From the NCBI GenBank assembly GCA_965242725.1, contig CBDESZ010000012.1, positions 65,247-129,246 on the forward strand: a DNA stretch of 64,000 nucleotides, written 5' to 3'. The translations under genes were made by a program, and so were the position numbers. The notes under the pieces were generated by a model. It ran no database searches. It had not been told where the DNA came from and was given only the letters and a program-made list of their open reading frames with translations. Shown here piece after piece: positions 48,664-59,267 of the stretch. This DNA is from Alkalispirochaeta sp. GTDB taxonomy: Bacteria; Spirochaetota; Spirochaetia; DSM-27196; Alkalispirochaetaceae. Position 1 is the stretch's first letter, and every line of letters starts with the position of its first letter.

Positions 48664-49960
48664 CTATTGAGACGTGTCAAACTCCGAAACGAAGAACGGA
48701 TAATCGGTAGCATTACTGCGATTGCCCATATAGTACTTTGTTCCCACGGCTCGATAGAAAAATTGCCGCACGTCATATCTCTCGTAATCACCCATAGCCA
48801 TTTGAAGAGCCTCGGCGGCATCGGTAAAATTCGTGCCATCGTACGTTTTCAGTAGAATACTGTCGTCATCGACCGGTTCAACGTAAGAAACGACGATATC
48901 CGTACCGTCAAACACGACGTCAGCAGTTTCGTTGTTAAGGTCACCTGTAGAATCGGTGCCCGTGGCGATTGTTGAACCGACCGCGGTCAAGCTCCCGCTC
49001 GTAACGCTGTAGAGATCCAACCTCCTTGTTACCGACTCTCCCTTCCGTGTCACTGCAAGGTACGGCGTGTTGTCTGTAGTAAACGCAAGTTTGACGCCAT
49101 TGGGCGAACTGCTGTAACTATCCGTCATGGTGTCGACTTCTACAAAGACCGGCGGAGTTGTATTTTTCTATCCCGACTGTTTTTATGTCGTCCAGGACAT
49201 ACGTGACATAGACTTCTCCCTCATACTCAAGTCCGAGATCATATGTTTTGTCACCGGAACTGGCCGTATAGACGTTGTTTACCTCGTCGTCTGCTGGTAC
49301 TTGACCGAGGAAGTTCCACGTCGGACTCGCTTCCGAACCACTATATTGAAAAACAACAACTCGGGACTTGTCTTCGGCTGTGTCAGCGGGAGTGGGAGCA
49401 TAGGCGAGAAAAGCGATGTAGATATTCCCGTTACTATCTACCTCGATATCGTATTGTCGCCACTCCGGGACCGAAATTGAAGCGCTACCGAGTGCCGTCT
49501 GCAGCCCGGCGCTGTCAACTTCGGCCCAGGAACTGCCGTCATACGTTTTGACCGTGGCGTATTGGTTATAGGCCGTTGGTGCGACTACAACCGGATTTCC
49601 GTCGGCGTTCAATGTCATCGCGGGTGCGGATGAGCTATATGATGTAAAACTTGGATTTATGGACGCCTAACTACCTCCGGAATACCGTTGGACCGATAGG
49701 GCGTAAGGGCTTGCATCGGGCGCTGATAACACCGTGGCTATACCGCCGCTGTTGACTTCAAACCCCAATACGTAACCCCATTTCGCCAATCCCGGTAGTG
49801 CAGAAGACGTCGTCCATGGTGAATCCGAGGTGTCTCCGCCGCCACTGCTGCTTCCGCCGTCGTCGTCGCCGTCACTGCCTGTAGGATTGGCGCATCCGAA
49901 AGCAATAAACGCAACCAGGACCGCGAGCAATACGATCCCCATCCGTTTCCATAGTTTCAT
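48664..49960 (-). pseudogene. Fragmented surface lipoprotein gene with beta-propeller-like repeats
   Basis: Lipobox IAFGC and GGAGG SD; in-frame TAG at 49667-49669 and a frameshift near 49140 join three ORFs. Confidence 0.75.
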
Positions 49961-50180
49961 GGAACTCCTCCATATGATGAGAATGCGAAACAGCTGTTTC
50001 GTATGGAGATAACTATTGGCACGCTTTGCGGGGAATACAATACCTCAAGTTGGGTATTTTACGGCGAAAAGTGCGGGCAATCAGCTACCTAAAGCGGGCT
50101 GCCGGGCGAGGCGGTTTGCTGCGGTGGTTTAAGGGACAGTGCTCCGCAGAACGTCAGTTCAATATAAATTTGAATACAGA

Positions 50181-50699
50181 TTACGACGGTTCGGCGAGCG
50201 CGCAATGCGCGTCGATGTCGTCGGCGTCCCAGGGGTAGACGACCCACACGTCGTCGAGCTCTTCTCCCACGTAGACGCGTTGGACCGCCGGGGGAAAGGC
50301 GCCGCGCTTGGGTTTGTTCTTGCGATGGAGGACGGCCACCGCCGTTTCGGCGGGTCCGTTGGACAACAGCTCCCTGAGACAGTACTCCAGGGTGGTCCGG
50401 GTGTCGTCCACCTCATCCACGAGGAGGACGTTGCGGCCGGCGAGCTTTTTTTCCACCTCGTCGATCCACTGTATCGTCCGGGGGACCTCGGCGGGGACGT
50501 TGTTTTCGTCGTAGAGGCGGAGTCCCACCGTGAGAATGGGCCGGTCGATGAAGGTCTTGAGGATGCGTGCCGGGATGAAACCGCCCGTCCCGATGGCGAC
50601 GATGAGATCGGGGTCAAATCCGTCGTCATTGATACGCCGGGCGAGGTCCTTTACCGTCCGATGGATCTGGCGGTAACTGAAGTAACGTTTGTCGGGCAT
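50181..50699 (-). CDS. Purine phosphoribosyltransferase (type I PRT)
   Basis: PRPP-binding loop VLLVDEVDDTRTT; AIGTGG and WVVYPW. Confidence 0.88.
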   Translation of the reverse strand: MPDKRYFSYRQIHRTVKDLARRINDDGFDPDLIVAIGTGGFIPARILKTFIDRPILTVGLRLYDENNVPAEVPRTIQWIDEVEKKLAGRNVLLVDEVDDTRTTLEYCLRELLSNGPAETAVAVLHRKNKPKRGAFPPAVQRVYVGEELDDVWVVYPWDADDIDAHCALAEPS

Positions 50700-50849
50700 G
50701 GGTCAGAGTATCCTTCCGGTGCGAATGCGTCACCCCCCGAACGTTCCTCGGAATTCTCCCCGAGCGTCACCGCCGATTTCTTCCGCAGGAGGCACCTTTG
50801 CGGCGGGACGGACACGATAAAGGCACCCGCACCGCAAAGAGCGCGCAGC

Positions 50850-52799
50850 CTACACCGGCTTCTTGAGCAGGCGCAGGCCGTTGAGAACGACGATAATGGT
50901 ACTTCCCTCATGTCCCAATACGCCCAGGGGAAGGGGTACCCCTACGGTGAGCGTTAATGAGACCAGCACCACCACCACACCCATTGCAAAGAGCACGTTC
51001 TGTGTGACGACGCGGCGGGCGCGACGGCTCAGATTGACCGCACGAACGAGGGCTCCCAGATCATCGGCCATGAGCACCACGTCGGCACTTTCAAGGGCCG
51101 CGTCCGTCCCCGCGGCGCCCATAGCAATACCCACCTGGGAACGCGCAAGGGCAGGTGCGTCGTTGACCCCGTCACCGACCATAGCCACGTTCCCGTACCG
51201 CCTCTGGAGCTCTTCAACACGGGTCACCTTGTCTTCCGGGGAGAGGCCGGCGTACATTTCGTCCACTCCAAGACGGTCGGCAACGGCCTGTCCCGTGGCG
51301 GGATCGTCACCGGTGAGCATGACGATACGACCGATACCGGCCTCCCGGAGTCGTTGCAGCTGCGCGGCCGCGTCGGGCCGTTCCCGGTCCATGACGGTGA
51401 TAGTCCCGAGATACGCACCGTCATGGCGCACCTGAAGTACCGTCTTTCTCCCCTGCCGGCGCAGATCGGCAATGCGATCACCGGACATGGCGTCCGCCGC
51501 AAGACCTTTCGCTTCCATCATCCGGGGAGAACCGACGAGCGTCTCCTTCCCATCCCAGTGAGCCCGGACGCCGCTGCCGATGCTCTCCTCAAAGTGGTCG
51601 GGCTCACGGGGCTCGATCCCCGCTTCCCGGGCGTGTCGGATGATGGCCCGGGCAATCGGGTGCTGGCTGTGAATTTCCGCCCGGGCGGCAACGGCAAGCA
51701 GGTATTCCGGCCGTACTCCGTCGGCGGGCAGAAGATCGGCAACTTCCGGACGGCCGAAGGTCAGGGTGCCGGTCTTGTCAAAGGCGATCGTTTTCACGCC
51801 GTAAAGCGATTCCACGTATCCACCGCCCTTGAAAAGGACACCGCCCCGGGCACCGCCGGCGATGGCACTGAGAAGCGTCGCCGGGACGCTGATCACCAGT
51901 GCGCAGGGCGACGCCACGGTGAGGAGAACCATTGCGCGGTAAAAGACGTCGTGAAAGAGATTTGTCGTGAAGAGGGACATACCGACGATGTAGAGCGCCA
52001 CCACCACAATGACGCCGGCGGCGTAGTACTTTTCCGCGCGGTCCAGAAAACTCTGCATCGCCGCTTTACGCTCCCTTGCGTCGGCGACCATGGTGATGAT
52101 GCGGGAAAGAGTGCTCTCCGACGCCGGCCGGGATACGCGCACGTCAAAGGCGCCGCTCTGGTTCAGGGTACCCGCGAGGACGGTATCACCGACGGTCTTG
52201 TCGACGGGCAATGACTCGCCCGTCACGGAAGACTCGTCAAAGTATCCGCTGCCTGCGATGATCTGACCATCCAGGGCAACCCGATCACCCGGTCGAAGGA
52301 CGAATACATCACCCGTTCCGACGGCGCTCAAGGGCGTATCGACGATTTCCCGTTTCCGCCGCAGACGTACCGTGTCGGGACGGAGTTTCAGCAGTGCCGA
52401 AATCGCCTGATGGGTCCGGCCCATCGCGTAATTCTGCAGAACATTGCTGAGGGAGAAAAGAAAAAGGAGCGTCGCCCCCTCGCTCCAGGCGTCGACATAT
52501 GCCGCACCGAGGGCTGCCAGGACCATCAGCATATCGACTTCAACGGTGAACGCCCGAATCGCCTTGACGATCTCCACGGCGGCAAAGTAACCGCCGAAGA
52601 AATAGGTCGCCCCATGGACCGACAACGTCACCGCCGCCGGTGCCCCGCGATTTTCCACGATCACCCCGGCGATCAGCCCAAGGAGCGTCAAAACGACAAA
52701 CACCGCTTCAATTCGCTCTTCATTGCTTCGCCAGACATCAAGGCGTGCCAGGACGGGATGTGGCTCACCATCGATACGTGCTATCGTTGCTTCTTTCAT
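50850..52799 (-). CDS. Heavy-metal P1B-type ATPase, P1B-4 subclass
   Basis: TGES, SPC transmembrane motif, DKTGT, HP, GDGVND and HEGST. Confidence 0.93.
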   Translation of the reverse strand: MKEATIARIDGEPHPVLARLDVWRSNEERIEAVFVVLTLLGLIAGVIVENRGAPAAVTLSVHGATYFFGGYFAAVEIVKAIRAFTVEVDMLMVLAALGAAYVDAWSEGATLLFLFSLSNVLQNYAMGRTHQAISALLKLRPDTVRLRRKREIVDTPLSAVGTGDVFVLRPGDRVALDGQIIAGSGYFDESSVTGESLPVDKTVGDTVLAGTLNQSGAFDVRVSRPASESTLSRIITMVADARERKAAMQSFLDRAEKYYAAGVIVVVALYIVGMSLFTTNLFHDVFYRAMVLLTVASPCALVISVPATLLSAIAGGARGGVLFKGGGYVESLYGVKTIAFDKTGTLTFGRPEVADLLPADGVRPEYLLAVAARAEIHSQHPIARAIIRHAREAGIEPREPDHFEESIGSGVRAHWDGKETLVGSPRMMEAKGLAADAMSGDRIADLRRQGRKTVLQVRHDGAYLGTITVMDRERPDAAAQLQRLREAGIGRIVMLTGDDPATGQAVADRLGVDEMYAGLSPEDKVTRVEELQRRYGNVAMVGDGVNDAPALARSQVGIAMGAAGTDAALESADVVLMADDLGALVRAVNLSRRARRVVTQNVLFAMGVVVVLVSLTLTVGVPLPLGVLGHEGSTIIVVLNGLRLLKKPV

Positions 52800-52972
52800 A
52801 GTAGTTTATATACTAACTACTATTTAGAATGTCAACGACTATTGCATATTGATTGGCGGGCGACCGCCGGAACGGCGCAGAACATGTTCTGAGGGGCGGC
52901 ACCCCCGGGGACCCTTCCCATTTCCCCCGACAAGCGGGAAAATGGGATACAAAACAGGTAGAATGACCATAT

Positions 52973-53758
52973 ATGGAAACTTCGGCGCAAATAGAAAAAC
53001 TTACCGCCCTGGGCATGACGGAGTACGAGGCCAAGGTGTATGTCGCCCTCCTGCCGGAATACCCGGTGACGGGTTACCAGGTTGCAAAGCGGGCCGGGGT
53101 ACCCCGCTCCATGGTCTATGAGGCGCTGTCCCGGCTTGAAAATCGCGGCGCCGTTCTGAAAACCCGGGAGGAGAACGCCAGCTACTACCGGCCCGTCGAC
53201 CCATCGGTCATCCTTGACCGCTATGCCGAGAATACACGATCACGAGTGGAAGAACTGAAAGGTGCCCTCGGTCCGCTCTTTACACACAACGACGACGGAC
53301 GTGTCTGGAACTTTACCGGCCACGCTGAAGCGGTACACCACTGCAGGGGCATGTTCGGCGAGGCGAAAAAAGAAATCATGGTGGTCCTCAATGACGACGA
53401 CCTCGCGGCGCTCGCCGGCGATCTTCGCGCGGCCCACGCCCGGGGCGTATCCCTGGGAGTGATGCTCACCGGTGACGCCGATTTTGATTGCGGAGAAATC
53501 ATCCATCACCCCAAACACGAAACGGAACTCCATCAGCTCGGCGGTGCCATCCTCGCCGTGGTTGACGAGCGGGAGTGCCTCATTGCCGGTCCCGGAGAAA
53601 CGGCGCTCGCGACGGTGACGTCAAACACAAACCTCGTTCTTATTACCCGCCAGTTCATCTGGATGGAACTCTTCTCCCAGCGCATCTTTTCACGCCTCGG
53701 CGACGACCTGCTCAGCCGTCTTGATGACGAGGACCGGGCCCTCCTTCAGGGGGGGTAG
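52973..53758 (+). CDS. TrmB-family transcriptional regulator
   Basis: LGMTEYEAKVY..LL...GVPRSMVYEAL..L..RG. Confidence 0.9.
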   Translation: METSAQIEKLTALGMTEYEAKVYVALLPEYPVTGYQVAKRAGVPRSMVYEALSRLENRGAVLKTREENASYYRPVDPSVILDRYAENTRSRVEELKGALGPLFTHNDDGRVWNFTGHAEAVHHCRGMFGEAKKEIMVVLNDDDLAALAGDLRAAHARGVSLGVMLTGDADFDCGEIIHHPKHETELHQLGGAILAVVDERECLIAGPGETALATVTSNTNLVLITRQFIWMELFSQRIFSRLGDDLLSRLDDEDRALLQGG

Positions 53759-53890
53759 CTTTCTTGCATACACATTCACTGCCTATTTTTATCTTTTTAT
53801 AAACTGAACTTCGTTCTGCGGAGCATCACCTGTCGGACCACAGCCCCAACCGCCTCGTCGGGTTCGACGGGGAAAAATACCGGTTGGAAA

Positions 53891-54301
53891 TCACCGATGA
53901 CGTGACTTGCGAACCGGCGGAATGAAAAGGTACGCAGCCGCGACGGCGGCCGCAAAGGCGACATAGATCACGAGAAACACCCATGGCGGAAAGTCATAAA
54001 AGACAACGCGCTGAATGATCCGGGCGACCAGCGACGTTGCCTCACCACCTGTTTGGCCGCCGGCGCGGCGCAACGCGAACTCCCATTGCGTCAGGGGGCA
54101 GAGCACACCGAGGGCCGCCTCCACGGCGACGAGGACGACCGCCGCAAGATGCATGAGCCTGAAGGTGATATTTCGCACCCAGCGCCGATGCAGGAGTGCG
54201 CCGGCCAGAATCGCGGCGAAGCCGCCGACGGTAAAGAGGATGTAACCCAGGTGTATAACGAGAACGGCGTCGGCGGCGAGGGAGTACCAGTTACCGGCCA
54301 T
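53891..54301 (-). CDS. DUF2784-like membrane protein
   Basis: LAADAVLVIHLGYILF and CPLTQWE..LR motifs. Confidence 0.8.
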   Translation of the reverse strand: MAGNWYSLAADAVLVIHLGYILFTVGGFAAILAGALLHRRWVRNITFRLMHLAAVVLVAVEAALGVLCPLTQWEFALRRAGGQTGGEATSLVARIIQRVVFYDFPPWVFLVIYVAFAAAVAAAYLFIPPVRKSRHR

Positions 54302-54392
54302 GTCTTCACCATATCACATCGACGGGCGGAGGTTGAGAGCCTCAACGAGGACGATCCGGCGCGGCGTCATTCAGACGTCCGCGTTCAACCGT

Positions 54393-56651
54393 CTAATACC
54401 ACCGGACGATCTCGTTCCGGGGATAGTAGTGGCGCAGGATCGTCTCCGCGTCAAAACCCGCCTCCGCCATTCCGGCGGCGCCGGTCTGATCAAGGCCGAC
54501 ACCGTGGCCCCATCCGGCGCCCTGAAAGTAGAAATAGCCCGGTGCGCCGGCATTTTCGGCGTTATCGGCATTTGCGGCGGCTGCGGCGACCGGTTCGCCG
54601 GGGCCGTCTGCAGAAGGCAGGGACGGTCCCGTATAGGCACTCACCACAAAGAGATTACTCCGCAGTCCGCCCAGGCGGGAGCGAATCGCGTCCCGACGAA
54701 CAACCGTTTCACCTTCGCCGCCGTAAATGGTCACCGCCTCGACGCGACCGGTGATGCCCCGTGGCCCGGGGATAATCTTTTCAATGGTCCCGACGGACTG
54801 ACCCGCGTCGGCGAGGCGCCGTTCTATCGTCTCCCGGGGAACGAAAAGCTCCCAGCGGTAGGAGCTGCGCGCGGCGTAGGGAGGGCGGCCTGAGTAGCTG
54901 TCCGGTCGCGACACCAGCCATTGATAGACTGCTCCGGGACTTCGGTATCCATCAAGGGCAGGCAGGAGGGGATCGGAGGTCACCACAAGGGAGTTTGGCC
55001 AGCCCCAGACGCTGCCGGCGGCCTCGGCATAACCGGCGTGATTGGCGCTGTAGACCGCATCCAGCGGCCGCCGCCCGTCCCGCAGTATCGATCCGCGGGT
55101 GGCGTCGACGGCGGTGGTGGTCCGGGGATGTTCATTGGTGACGCCGGGATAGTAGGCAGAAGTCACTGAACTGAGCAGGTCAAATCCCCGCTCCCCAAAG
55201 CGGTTGCGGGGATGGAGGGTGTAGGAACGGGCGGCGATCGCCTGTGCCTCAAGCGCCGCCTCCGGCCACCAGGCGGGCATTTCCGACGGGACGACGCTGT
55301 AAAGATACTCCTCAACGGAGAGGCGGTTGACGACGGTGAAAACGTCACCGCGCGGCAGAATCTCGATCTGGCCGCGGTAACTGCGGTCCTCCCGCCCCGA
55401 GGAGAACTGCCCGTGACCGTAGGTCAAATCAAAAACGGTGGTCGTATAGGTGCGGTCACGGTAGCCTATGCGTATCGGATCGGTACCGCGGTAGAGCGTC
55501 TCACCTTCCCCGGTGGCAACGGTGATCTCCCCTTCGTCGGAGGTGACGTGGAGAATGTCCCCTGCTTCGGGGCCGGTGTCACCGTTTCCGTCCCCGTGCG
55601 CACTTTCATGGACGACATTTCCCCCCGCGGTGAGCAGGTAGGGACCGCCCGCCTTCAGATAAACCGAATTGAGGTTTTCCACAAGGCCGACCCGGAGCAC
55701 CTCTTCGTCGGTGTACGTACCCGGTGAAACGGCAACACGCGGTGGTGTAGCGGCGGCGCGTCGTGCAACGGCGCGGGCTTCACCGTCGGCGGTGAGGGCG
55801 GGTCGTTCACCCTCCCACGCGGCAAGGAGCGTCGGGATCGTCTTGTCCCAGGGAAGGGCGATGCGCGCCCGTTCAAGCTGATCCCAGGCTGCCCGGTAAT
55901 CCCCCAGTTCCCAGTGCGCCCGAGCGAGGGGAACAAGGACTTCCGTCAGGTTCCGGTCCTGGGAAAGCGCGCGCTGATAGGCCTCCCGGGCGGAGGTAAA
56001 ATCGCCGCGCCCCGCCGCCAGGCGTCCCAGGGCGTAGTGGGCGTAGGGGTAATGTCCTCCGTCGGCATTATCGATCGACCGGGAAAAGTGGCGGGCCGCC
56101 CGGGACCAGGAACCTCCCGCAACGGCTCGAACCCCTCGCCAGAAGTTGGCTCGGGAGGCGGCTGGATCGGAAGTGGCGGGAACCGGACCGGTGGCGTCCT
56201 CGTCAGAACCGGTTTCGGCGGCCGGCTCCACGCTCTCCGGCTCCTCCAGCGGGACTCCCAGGAGGGCGAGATTCACTTCGTGTTCTACCTCCTGCACGCC
56301 GGTGAAATCGGCGGAGTAGCGTACCGCCTCGTCAACCTTTCCCGCTTCCCGCAGGAGAACGACGAGACTGAGGCGGAATTCCTGGTTGTCCGGGTTCTGC
56401 GCGACCAGCCGCTTGTAGATCGCAACGGCTGTGGCGTGGTCGCCGTCGTACCACGCGGCGTCGGCAACCTCCGGGTCGACCGTCAGTTCCGACGAGGCGA
56501 CGCTATCGCAATCGTCGGATTCCGCGGCTTTCAGGGGAATGGGGGCGACACAGGAAATGGTCGCAAGGACGGCGAAAACAACACAAACGGTCAGTCGGGC
56601 TGAGTGGATCAGGCGGGTCAGACTATGAAAGACGGGTCGCGGATATCGCAT
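54393..56651 (-). CDS. TPR plus SpoIID/LytB domain protein (peptidoglycan lytic enzyme family)
   Basis: VEEYLYSVVPSEM, ALEAQAIAARSY, GWGHGVGLDQTGA and ILRHYY; N-terminal TPRs. Confidence 0.92.
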   Translation of the reverse strand: MRYPRPVFHSLTRLIHSARLTVCVVFAVLATISCVAPIPLKAAESDDCDSVASSELTVDPEVADAAWYDGDHATAVAIYKRLVAQNPDNQEFRLSLVVLLREAGKVDEAVRYSADFTGVQEVEHEVNLALLGVPLEEPESVEPAAETGSDEDATGPVPATSDPAASRANFWRGVRAVAGGSWSRAARHFSRSIDNADGGHYPYAHYALGRLAAGRGDFTSAREAYQRALSQDRNLTEVLVPLARAHWELGDYRAAWDQLERARIALPWDKTIPTLLAAWEGERPALTADGEARAVARRAAATPPRVAVSPGTYTDEEVLRVGLVENLNSVYLKAGGPYLLTAGGNVVHESAHGDGNGDTGPEAGDILHVTSDEGEITVATGEGETLYRGTDPIRIGYRDRTYTTTVFDLTYGHGQFSSGREDRSYRGQIEILPRGDVFTVVNRLSVEEYLYSVVPSEMPAWWPEAALEAQAIAARSYTLHPRNRFGERGFDLLSSVTSAYYPGVTNEHPRTTTAVDATRGSILRDGRRPLDAVYSANHAGYAEAAGSVWGWPNSLVVTSDPLLPALDGYRSPGAVYQWLVSRPDSYSGRPPYAARSSYRWELFVPRETIERRLADAGQSVGTIEKIIPGPRGITGRVEAVTIYGGEGETVVRRDAIRSRLGGLRSNLFVVSAYTGPSLPSADGPGEPVAAAAANADNAENAGAPGYFYFQGAGWGHGVGLDQTGAAGMAEAGFDAETILRHYYPRNEIVRWY

Positions 56652-56745
56652 AGAGAACTGCCATGATAGGAAATCGCGTCTCCGAAGACAAGGATGTGCG
56701 GCGATACCGGCGTCGCCGCGAACCGGGCGTATGAGAAGGGCGATT

Positions 56746-57192
56746 CTACGGGGTGTTGTCTTCGTTCATGAGTTCCAAATCCAACTTATCTTTGGCCCTG
56801 CCCGTTGCGGCCTTGTTGCGTTTCAGGGACTCCAGATCGAGAAAAGGGATTTCCCGGCCATTAATTTCGATCATAACCCGTCCCGCCTGTTCGTAGGTGA
56901 CGCCGTCAATAGCAGTGAGAATATCGATGCGGTTGGGAGGTACACCAATCTGATAGACAGTCCCAGGCACGGCGAAATCATTTTCCGTTACTTCCGCCAA
57001 GGGCGCACCGAACGCGATAAGCGAAGCATAAACCGCCGCCGAGTTGGATGGTGTCGGTTTCACCAGGATATCGATATCACCGGTTGCTCGCACGTACCCA
57101 TGCGCAGCCATCGCGTACGCTCCGACCACCACATAGTCGACGTTATGGGCGGAGAATTCGTTCAACAGATCGCTGTAGTCCGGATTGAACAT
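56746..57192 (-). CDS. Nucleotidyltransferase-fold protein (DUF6036-like)
   Basis: VVGAYAMAAHGYVRATGDIDI and K.ATGRAKD..D motifs. Confidence 0.8.
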   Translation of the reverse strand: MFNPDYSDLLNEFSAHNVDYVVVGAYAMAAHGYVRATGDIDILVKPTPSNSAAVYASLIAFGAPLAEVTENDFAVPGTVYQIGVPPNRIDILTAIDGVTYEQAGRVMIEINGREIPFLDLESLKRNKAATGRAKDKLDLELMNEDNTP

Positions 57193-57328
57193 CGTATTTC
57201 CCCGACAATGCGAACAATCGAAGCGTCAACGGCCAGATTTCCTGGAGCGCCCGTTGCGGGTCGATCCGATTGGTTCCTGGATGTTCCCCTGAACGCAGGA
57301 TTCGCTCCGTCGTTTTCCGGTTCGTCAT
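57143..57328 (-). CDS. Small hypothetical protein, partner upstream of the nucleotidyltransferase
   Basis: 61-aa ORF overlapping the NTase start. Confidence 0.45.
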   Translation of the reverse strand: MTNRKTTERILRSGEHPGTNRIDPQRALQEIWPLTLRLFALSGKYDVQSGLQRSVERILRP

Positions 57329-57549
57329 ACTCCCATGATACCACTCTTGTCCCTGGTGTCGCCAGCCGGACGTCGCGATGACGCGGGGGAGGCAACGCGC
57401 CGCACGATCAGCCTCTGAGTTCCAAGATTGTAGTTATCGGATCGGTAAGTCGTATTGGTCCACCCGAGTTGAGATCGAACATTGTCAGTTATGGAGATAA
57501 CTTCGGATCGCGAGGATTCATCGCTTCACCTCCGTATGTTAACCGGTAA

Positions 57550-57804
57550 TTATCCGGTTCCCAGCACCCGCTCAAGGAGCAGGTCGGCCCGCTCATTCCT
57601 TTTAGTGGTTATTTTTGCCAGTTGATCGCAGAGCGCCATGAGTTCGTCGACGCGGCGGGCGATATTTCCCCGGACCGTTACCCGCCCCGCGGTGAGTTGC
57701 AGCTCCTCTCTGAATTGAGTCATTGGGTCCCAGCCGGCGGCGGTAATTGCCGGTGTGATGAACTTGGTGCGGATGTCCGCCTCGGATAGCCCCGTTTTGT
57801 TCAC
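57550..57804 (-). pseudogene. In-frame hsdR'-'hsdS fusion remnant of a type I restriction-modification locus
   Basis: The N-half LSEADIRTKFITPAI..AGWD...REE..LTAGRV.VRG resembles an EcoEI/EcoAI-type HsdR start. The C-half RVDELMALCDQL resembles an HsdS C-terminal coil. Confidence 0.75.
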
Positions 57805-58034
57805 ACTGGAGATTATGATCTCGATTTCTCAGATATTCAAGGGTTGGCTGAAGTATCGACTGGAGGGTACGGCCGCTACTCAGTCCGCAGCCACCTTCCG
57901 GCTACGTGTGCACCCCCCTTACCCTTACCGGGACGATCGGTGCGGTGCACGATGGGGAATAACCGGCCGGCCGCCCCCCGATCCGGTCCGACGCGGTGGG
58001 GCGCGGAACAGCGCCCGGCAGAACGTCAGTTCAA

Positions 58035-59246
58035 TTATACATTCAGGAGGGCGTCGGGAACGATGACGAGGTTGCCGATGTGCTTCTTGGTCTGAAAGGC
58101 GGCCTGGGCGTCCCGGAGGCGGGAGAGGGGGTGGACGCCGCCGAGGACGGGGCGGAGGCGGCCGTCGTTGATCGCCGCGACTATGCGGCGGAAGTCTTCG
58201 GGCATGCCCTGGGATGATCCGCGGAGGGAGAGGAAGCGCATGTAGAGGGTGTGCATGTTGATGCGCGGCGTGTAGCCGGCGATGGTGCCGGCTGAGATGT
58301 AGTTGCCGCCGGGTCGGAGCGTTTGGAGGAGGCTGTGAAGCATGACGCCGCCCACCTGATCGAAAACTGCGTCGATGGAGAATGGCGCGCCCGTTGCTTT
58401 TTCGACCGCGGCGACGAAGGCGGCGCCGTCGAAGGATGGGGCGGAGGGAGTCGCGGGAGGTGTGGGACTCGAAGGGACTACCGGGCCGGGCGTGGTGAAT
58501 TCCTCGCGGAGGATGCACGCTTCGGCGCCGAGGGCGCGGAGCTTCTCTTCCTTTCCCCGGCTGGTAACGGCGTAGGGAATCGCGCCCCTGATACGGGCGA
58601 GCTGCACGGCGGCGGAACCGACTCCCCCTCCGGCGCCGGTGATGAGGACTTTGTCGCCGGGACCGATATTGAGGCGAGCCAGCATGTGCTCAGCGGTGAG
58701 GGTGGAGCAGCCGAAGGTTGCCAGTTCCTCGTCGGTGATGTCGGCGGTGATGCGGTGGGCGTTGGCCGCCGGGACGGCGGCATATTCCGCGTAGCCGCCG
58801 TCCCGGCCGTGGCCGATGTAGTCGACGTCGGCCAGATCCATTGTGAGCCGCCCTTCTTCATCAACAGCTTTGTATATGCTGAAGTCCACAAGCACCCGCT
58901 CGCCGATTCTTTCCGGCGGGACGTCCCGCCCGACGGCGACGATTTCCCCGGCAATGTCGGCGCCCTGGATGCGGGGAAAGGTGAGGGATGTCTCTCCCCC
59001 GATGGCGCTGATGGAGGCGGCCGCCTCCTGGTGGTCCCGGGAACCATTGGGGTCAAAGTTGGCGATGTATTCCGCTATGCGGACCTTAATATCCGTGTTG
59101 TTCATGCCGCAGGCGTGGACGCGGATGAGCACCTCGTCAGGTTGCGGGTGCGGTACGGGTACGTCGGTGCGATATACGAGCTTTTCCGGTCCACCATGGC
59201 CGGTCAATAAGACGGCCGCCATCGTTTTTGGTATGTTCCGTTCCAT
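58035..59246 (-). CDS. Medium-chain alcohol dehydrogenase/quinone reductase family protein
   Basis: CGMNNTD, PRIQGAD, DGGYAEY and ITGAGGGVG motifs. Confidence 0.9.
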   Translation of the reverse strand: MERNIPKTMAAVLLTGHGGPEKLVYRTDVPVPHPQPDEVLIRVHACGMNNTDIKVRIAEYIANFDPNGSRDHQEAAASISAIGGETSLTFPRIQGADIAGEIVAVGRDVPPERIGERVLVDFSIYKAVDEEGRLTMDLADVDYIGHGRDGGYAEYAAVPAANAHRITADITDEELATFGCSTLTAEHMLARLNIGPGDKVLITGAGGGVGSAAVQLARIRGAIPYAVTSRGKEEKLRALGAEACILREEFTTPGPVVPSSPTPPATPSAPSFDGAAFVAAVEKATGAPFSIDAVFDQVGGVMLHSLLQTLRPGGNYISAGTIAGYTPRINMHTLYMRFLSLRGSSQGMPEDFRRIVAAINDGRLRPVLGGVHPLSRLRDAQAAFQTKKHIGNLVIVPDALLNV

Positions 59247-59267
59247 CGACTTCCTCCTGATCCGTAT

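Noticed and set aside
49667..49669. Amber recoding or readthrough
   Set aside because: TAG serves as a normal stop for other genes in the window (for example at 1607, 14410 and 33354), and the same gene also carries a frameshift.
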